The notes beneath the pieces were generated by a model. That model was not told the origin of the DNA. It was given only the letters and a program-made list of their open reading frames with translations, and did not search any database. Shown in pieces: positions 57,479 through 64,000 of a stretch of 64,000 bases of DNA. This DNA is from Paramoeba atlantica (taxonomy: Eukaryota > Protista > Discosea). The first letter of the stretch is position 1. Each line of letters begins with the position of its first letter. Location of the stretch: positions 124,001-188,000 of the forward strand of contig CDRNVI010000067.1 in assembly GCA_977017575.1 (NCBI GenBank). The letters run 5' to 3'. The position numbers and the translations under genes are program-made.

Positions 57479-57909
57479 GCATAACGCTGTGTGTAACATA
57501 TGAATTGCAAGCTCTACATCTATTCTACATCTACACGTATATCGAATAAAATTTACCAATCATCGGGGTTATGTTTTTCACCGGCTATAATCTTTTTTTT
57601 CAAAAACAATGTTTTTCAAAAGCATATTTCCAGTTCAGCTTTTACATTGGGTTTTTTTTCCATCGTTACATATCGTAGGCCTTGTTTTTCCCCTTCGTTA
57701 GCGTAATTTATCTAATTTTGTTTACATATGGTTTCTGCTCTGAGCATTAGTTTACGAGAAATATATGAGACAATACGGTATGCTTCTTACGTCATTATGG
57801 ATAGTTTATTTTATTATATTATACTATATTATTCGATAGTTTATTTTATTATACGAATGTACGAATATTTTATCGTTACGATTCCTACCTCCAACCATTC
57901 AAAATATTC

Positions 57910-58873
57910 CAGGGTTCGCAGAAACTATAAAACTATCAATATAGTACTATATAGTTACTATAAACCTTTTTCGAAAACTATAAAAAACTATATTTTTTTG
58001 TTTCACATTTTAGGCACTCCGAAGCTCACCAACACGCCATAAATACACGGCGAATTCATTTGTGTACGATTTTTCTTATTTTTAAACCCGAAAATTGATG
58101 CCCGAAATTAAAGTTACGAGGGGTAGTTTCTGCAAAGATTATTTTATTGAACTGCTGCACACGGAGGGAAGTAAACAAGCGGTTGAATGTAACTTGTGTC
58201 AGGAAGGGACGTACCCCAGTCCCATCGCGTGGCCTTGACAGATTGCCTTGTGCGAATCTTGCGTCCCGAACATCTTCTCACTGCATCGCTGTCGCCGCGC
58301 GTTGGCTGGAGCCACCGACGTTATGTCTTGGGACTGAATAACTGCTGCTCACAATTCTATGAGTTTGAATAAATACAATCATATGAGTCTGAATAAATTA
58401 CGCGGTGTGTTGTCGAGTGGAGAGTTTGCACTTCCTTTCACTCGTTTCGCGTGCGTTTCATTGCGAGGGAGGTTCTAAAAGCACCTTTAAACCACCACAA
58501 AAATAGGATGATATCTCCCGGTGTGTAAAGGATTCCGACGTGCCAAAAGAATCTTTAAGGGACATACCCTTCCATTTTTATAGTGGTTTAAAGGTGCTTT
58601 TAGAACCTCCCTCGTCTACTTTAGCTTGGGTTACATTTTTTTCAGAATTTCTTGTCATATCATACGTATGTAAGCGTGTAAGAACGCATGTAGAGGCGTG
58701 TGTATGTCCTTCACAAGCGGAGAGGACTCAAAAAATATCACTTGTAAAGTGAAAAAAACTTTATAGTTTTCTTATAGTTTTATAGTAAAATATAGTAAAT
58801 ATAGTACTATATAGTAACTATATTGAATGAAAAAAAACTATATTTTACTATATTATAGTTTCTGCGAACCCTG
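57910..58873. mobile_element. Non-autonomous hAT element, 964 bp, perfect 8-bp TSD
   Basis: AAATATTC|cagggttcgcagaaactata ... tatagtttctgcgaaccctg|AAATATTC. Confidence 0.93.
58465..58613. mobile_element. Nested 149-bp MITE (gagggaggttctaaaagcacctttaaaccac TIRs)
   Basis: 31-bp perfect inverted repeats. Confidence 0.8.
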
Positions 58874-59359
58874 AAATATTCAACAAATTGGCACACCTTG
58901 TGCAAAATTTTTTCTTTCTGCACAATACTATACATCGTCGTACCCTCTTTATCACTATACCACTTTCCTAACTTCCGCTTTAGATTTCTACGAACTTTAA
59001 ATTAAATTTCAGATGAGTGCTATGTAGATCGACATAATTTTAGAGAAAATATCCTCTTGCATCCAACCGGGTCCCAAATGGCTTCCAATGCTCTTGAGTG
59101 CCTTTAAAGTACCTGAGTTCTCCTGCTTGGTTGATGACTAAAAAATGACGGTTGAGGGAAGTGTAAGTTTCTTGGATGGAAGTATAAGGGGAGTCCTGAT
59201 TCATTGTCTGGAATGAAAATGTAGGTATAAAGGGAGGGATCATCCTCTGAAATATAAAAGGGGGTGACAGTACTATCCAAATTCTTCTGGTATGGCAAGA
59301 TATTTTTCTAGCTCCCGTATTTTGTGCTCCGGGTAACACCGAGTACCATGCGTACAGTA

Positions 59360-59427
59360 CGCGAGTACGGTACTCGGGTACTCAAGGCCCTAGGTACTCA
59401 TTTGAGTACCTGAGTACCGTACTCGCG
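59360..59427. repeat. 68-nt foldback of gagtac-rich repeats
   Basis: 26-bp arms cgcgagtacggtactc(g/a)ggtactcaa. Confidence 0.8.
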
Positions 59428-59517
59428 AATGTATGTATATCTGAGCCATTGTTTACTTCACACCAATAAGTGTACGTAATACTACTTACCATTCCACACT
59501 GTACGTCTATGGTAGTC

Positions 59518-59619
59518 CTCTGACCCCCCCTTTATTTTCGCGTTTCGGATTCTCATTTCATCCCCCCTTTAATAGAGACGAAGGACGAAATTTTGCCTAC
59601 ATTAAAGGGCGGGTCACAG
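59518..59619. mobile_element. 102-bp mini-MITE (ct(c/g)tgaccc...ctttaat TIRs)
   Basis: Imperfect TIRs; absent at the paralogous site ~4495-4520. Confidence 0.6.
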
Positions 59620-59661
59620 TTTTTTTATCAACACACTGAATTTTTTCCATAAAATTTCACT

Positions 59662-60225
59662 ATGTTCCTTAAAGCTGAAGAGACGGATGTTCCCGTGCCT
59701 TCATGTTCACGCATAGGAAAGGTAAGGGGAACTTTTCTTCCTGTGGAATATGAACTCGAAAAGTTTATCAATGATGTTGAAAATCCACATGAGTCATGGA
59801 GTACTGCCACACCTGCATGTGAGTGGGATGGAGTGAAATGCAACGATAAGGGTGATGTGATACGCATTTCTTGGGATGGCCGAAAACTGCGTGGGATATT
59901 GCGTTGGGAACATTTGCCGCGGTTTCTCACGGCCTTGAGTGTCTGTAATAACCAGCTTCGCGGTCCTATCGATTTTTCCTCATTACCAGAAGGCTTGACT
60001 CACTTGTGGATAAGTTTGAATGCCTTTAGTGGGGAACTACATTTCGAACATCTTCCACCAGGGTTAAAAATTCTAAATATATCAAGCTGTCACTTCAGTG
60101 GCTTTGTGGACTTTTCGTGTCTTCAGCGTTCGTTGCTTGCAAAAGGCGGTTCAGGCTTTGACATGAGGAATAATCCCGAACTCAAGGGATCGATTTCTAG
60201 ACGAGCTGTTCCTAAAGGCGTATAG
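59662..60225 (+). CDS. LRR-family protein, close paralog of 4564-5160, lacking the last 11 aa (TGG>TAG)
   Basis: The frame continues WDIPESFFTD* to 60258 after the TAG; mosaic central patch. Confidence 0.85.
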   Translation: MFLKAEETDVPVPSCSRIGKVRGTFLPVEYELEKFINDVENPHESWSTATPACEWDGVKCNDKGDVIRISWDGRKLRGILRWEHLPRFLTALSVCNNQLRGPIDFSSLPEGLTHLWISLNAFSGELHFEHLPPGLKILNISSCHFSGFVDFSCLQRSLLAKGGSGFDMRNNPELKGSISRRAVPKGV

Positions 60226-60423
60226 TGGGATATACCCGAGTCATTTTTTACGGACTAAGTGCCTGAATAGTTCTCTGTTGCTCTTACGTTTTCTGTGCAC
60301 TATTTCTGGAAAGGAAAAGTAAACCCGTCATGAGGCGGGAACAAGACGCAATGTCAGTAACTCATGAGAACGGATTTTTTATTAAATCGAGTTCTTTAGG
60401 AGCTTTCTTTAGCCTAAAGCATA

Positions 60424-61364
60424 CAGGGGTGCGAATCTAAAGGTGGGGCGGGTCTAAAATTCGTAAAAGTTGTCCAATTTTGGAAAATAATAGCGCATTG
60501 GATAGCTCTCACAGAGTTGTATGTTTTAGGACAGGTAGCTTCCGGGGTTTGGGGGGTACCCCCCTTTCATGTAAGGGTCAAAAACACATATTGCAATACT
60601 TTAGTGGTGTCAATAATTTCTGTAATTTGGATTGCAAAAGACAATTAGTAACCACAGTGCCCCCCGTTCCGACTAGTAACAATTTCACAACGCTTCCTGA
60701 AACTCTTCAACGTTTTCTGAACCGTTGCAGAGTGGGTCTGTTTCAATTTAAGGAAAGACCCCTCAATAGCGGCTTCCAGTTGCTGTCGATTTCGGGGTCG
60801 AAGAAGATTTTTGTCTGTGTCCATCACAGACCAGAAGATCGCTCCAGCTCTCTACGCCGTAAACAAGGTTATACCCCTCGTCGACAAGCTTAAGAGCCAC
60901 ATCCAGGAACGCAGGGGTAACCACCGTCGAAACACGCTCTCGGGATGCCGTTAACACGTCACCCGTAAGGGTAAAACGTTCAACCCAACGTTTTACAGTG
61001 TTCTCATGAACACCAAAGTGCTGTGCCGTAGCGGAGTACGATCCTGTGCGCTCGTATTCCGCCACCAAAAGCATGCGGTGGCTCTCTTTGACGGGGGCGG
61101 GGGAAGAATACGATCTATCGCTCAGTACTCCACGGGAAGTCCTCGAGCGAGCGCGCTTTTGGGGCATTTTCTAGTAAAAAATGTAATTTCTGCAAGGGAA
61201 AAAAGCGAAATATGGTATCAAAAAATATGTACGTTAAAATCGCAGGATTTTAATGCACCTAAAACACACAACTCTGTGAGAGCTATCCAATGCGCTATTA
61301 TTTTCCAAAATTCGACAACTTTTACGAATTTTAGACCCCCCCCACCTTTAGACCCGCACCCCTG
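60424..61364 (-). mobile_element. Internally deleted Tc1/mariner element, 941 bp, ~110-bp TIRs, TA TSD
   Basis: TA|caggggtgcg...cgcacccctg|TA. Has an HTH remnant (TAQHFGVHENTVKRW) and C-terminus (KSFRKRCEIVTSRNGGHCGY). The empty site is visible at ~5330. Confidence 0.93.
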
Positions 61365-61591
61365 TATGTTTGCATGAGAATTACTAATCCCTGAGACCGG
61401 TCTACTGATCAGAGTCTCAACATCAACCACTGCCTGCCGCGAAACGTTTCCATGTATTTTTTACATAAATTATCACAAATTGTATTGTCGTTTTTCAATC
61501 CCAAATGTTGTATAAACTCATTCAAGTTTCTGAAATTGGGCGGATGTGTATATTTTTTGTTATCAATCCACTGAATTCCTAAATTTGGAAT

Positions 61592-62405
61592 ATGTTCCTT
61601 AAAAGTGAAGCCACGTATGTTCCTATGTCTTCAGTTTCACGGATTGAAAAGGTAAGGGGCATACATTTGTCACAAGAATATGAGCTCGCAAAGTTTACAA
61701 GAGATGTTGAAAATCCACACGAGTAATGGAGTACTGCTACACCTGCATGTCAGTGGGATGGAGTGAAATGTAATGACTTGAGTTACATGTATGTTCATTG
61801 CTTGGTATGGTCGAAAACTGCGTGAGATATTGCATTGGGAACATTTACCACGATCCGTAAAACGCCTGAATGTTTGCAACAATGCGCTGAGTGGCACTGT
61901 GAATTTTTCTTCATTACCTCGAGGTTTGGAGAGATTGTTGGTACCATGTTGGCAGAACGTGGTCCCTATTGCATCCTTTCTTTTCCCGGAAACCGGCATA
62001 CTCTTAACCTTTTATGTCCGTTTCCGGCTGGCGCTAGGACACGAAACTCATCCTTCCGTTGAAGAGGGGCCGCCGCTTCTCACCCATGTGCAGCGCCGTC
62101 AGACGCGCCGAATGCCCCCGCTGGATGGACGCCGGGGAGAGCCTCTCAACGACGCTGTGCAGCCGAAAGGCTTCTTGCAGCCTCTCAACGACGCCCCCGG
62201 CAGTGGAAGTCCAGTGCCCCCTTCACCCCCCATGCGCTGCAGCACCTCCCTTGAGGACCACGCGGCGTGGCCATAGGCCGAATCCCTGCTTACGACCGGC
62301 GTTGAATGCGCTGTAATGGCCGTTGATAATGGTCGCCGTACGACGGCAAAATGCTCTGTCGGCTCGCCCGGTATGAAAGTGAAACTGAAAGATTTCCAAT
62401 AATGC
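61592..62405 (+). pseudogene. LRR pseudogene (TAA, frameshift, SL-headed insertion)
   Basis: MFLKSEATYV...ENPHE*WSTATPACQW...LPRGLERL, then the insert; resumes KISNNA. Confidence 0.85.
61935..62390 (+). mobile_element. SL-headed retroposon copy B (diverged head)
   Basis: Head tggtaccatgttg aligns with SL ctgtaccttgttg; body nearly identical to copies A/C; ends cgcccggtatgaaagtgaaactgaaa. Confidence 0.85.
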
Positions 62406-62468
62406 ATGTAGGCTTTGTTTTCAAGTCGTTGTTTGTGCTTCTTCAGTGATTCCAATAGCGTTGTATTG

Positions 62469-62927
62469 CTATCCGTATAGCTCCTTTTCTTTCAGAGACT
62501 TGCAAGTGGTATTCTTATGAGTGTAATAAGTTTGCTTACAGCGACTGTGAAAATCAGCTGCGGAAGCTCGACACACAACGTTGCGTCTCTGGTTAGCGGC
62601 ATCTTTTAAGAAGGATGCAGATCCCTGACGATGATCCATTTCCTTAAAGCACAATTTCGAAGAAGTACTGTGAGCATTCTTGAAATCACACAAGATGTAA
62701 TAAAAATAATAGGACAGATCTCCAAATTTAATTGGGTCCTCAACGTTCCCAGACTGAACTTTCTTCGCATTGCTTGAAATATCCGTGACCTGTCTCATTG
62801 TGGTCAACCTAAATTGGCTTGGTCCATCAGCCACCCGCTGATTAACAGCATCGCGTAGTTCGTTGCTAATACGACGCGCTGCTCGCTTCCGAGACCTTGG
62901 AGTAATATCTGACTCTTCTGTGGTCAT
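62469..62927 (-). pseudogene. Unknown ORF, probably transposase-derived
   Basis: Protein-like 152-aa ORF antisense to the gene strand; truncates the LRR pseudogene; no family recognised. Confidence 0.25.
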
Positions 62928-63226
62928 ATTAGGATAGTAACTTGATTAATGAACAGTTTAAAGTAACTAACATTATCACTCCTTCGTAAACGCGCTTGTT
63001 ACCGGTCCCAATCCCGGCATCGCCATATTCGGCGGAGTGCGAGGGTGAAGATTTCAATACATCTATAGCACGATTATAAACATAAGAATATAATTAAACT
63101 ACTCGTTTCTAGTATCCAGTAGAACTACTACATTTAGCTCCATTTAACTAAACAATTTTACACGCCTGCAAATGTCACGCATCAATTCGTTTGGTCCCAG
63201 CCTGGCAATACTCCATTCTCTGTAAC

Positions 63227-63313
63227 GAGGCCCATGGGCTCCGTACCCTTCGGGGTACCACCGCCCCATCATTCGTGCTGGGAGGCCCATGGGCTCCGTG
63301 TCCTTCGGGGCAC
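63227..63313 (+). repeat. Two 55-bp-spaced copies of a cUUCGg hairpin motif
   Basis: gaggcccatgggctccgtacccttcggggtac and gaggcccatgggctccgtgtccttcggggcac. Confidence 0.85.
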
Positions 63314-64000
63314 ACTTGCCGTTGCATTTGCGTTATACATCTTCCTCTCCAGCATGTTTTTTCTAATAAAGTGAAAACAGAATAAAAACAGAAGGGAGAG
63401 GGTGGGAAGTTGTGACGTGCTATGGCATGCCTGGCACCCAGGGCTTGTTCTCGGTAACATGGTGCTTATGAAGGGGTGATAAAGAGGGAGTTGCTATGCC
63501 CCGTCCATGGTATCATGTTCAGGGGAACAACAACTCCCCATTATCTCGGTGTAGTAAACACGCCTTGGCTTGCCTGGCACTACGATTGCCAAAAAAAAAC
63601 TTACATTAGTTCCTTAATCCTAACTTGAGGCATGGTAGCGGGAGTCCTCTCCCTAAGAAGATTTGAAGTTGAAAAATATGGAGTGTTCGGGGGGGGGAAG
63701 GGGGGGAGTATTGTTGGTATGTTATAGATTCTCCCATACGGAAATATCGGGGCAACACCCCGGACGTCCCGGGTTGACGCTGGGAATACGGCTTTTCAGG
63801 ATATCTCGCCTAGTAGGAATATTGATTCAGAAATTCAGACCGACAATAGTGAACGCGTTAATGATTATTCGGCGGAGAAAAAAAAGAAAACTAGAAAACA
63901 AAAAGCAAACGGTTGCTTTGCTTGATGCGTTTATATCCGAATTCTTTGTTAGCGAAGATTCATCATAAATACTGAAGGAACAACTTGGTTTCTTTACATC

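Noticed and set aside
1-64000. Fanzor/TnpB or autonomous LINE/RT gene
   Set aside because: No RuvC/zinc-finger or RT (YxDD) motifs were recognised in any listed ORF; the mobilising enzyme must lie elsewhere.

Overview
Eukaryotic, intron-less, transposon-dense window. It is probably from a euglenozoan (kinetoplastid- or diplonemid-like): every credible host gene is on the + strand, and a 39-nt spliced-leader (SL) exon sequence is present. The window holds 17 loci of one small leucine-rich-repeat (LRR) family with no obvious signal peptide; many are pseudogenised, one is a mosaic, and four end in CaaX-like boxes. There is a ~5.45-kb triple tandem amplification (PPR-like gene plus two LRR genes) with 4-bp microhomology junctions, and a few unknown genes. 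DNA-transposon debris includes Tc1/mariner, pogo, Merlin/ISXO2, hAT and PIF/Harbinger-like elements plus MITEs. The most unusual signal is five dispersed, structured 380-590 nt insertions that start with all or part of the SL exon. Four retain a shared 3' motif; stems co-vary between subfamilies, and copies interrupt LRR genes and a hAT transposase (6-bp TSD). These look like SL-RNA-headed retroposons, and two tRNA-headed SINE families also occur. All family assignments come from motif recognition by eye; no database search was run.
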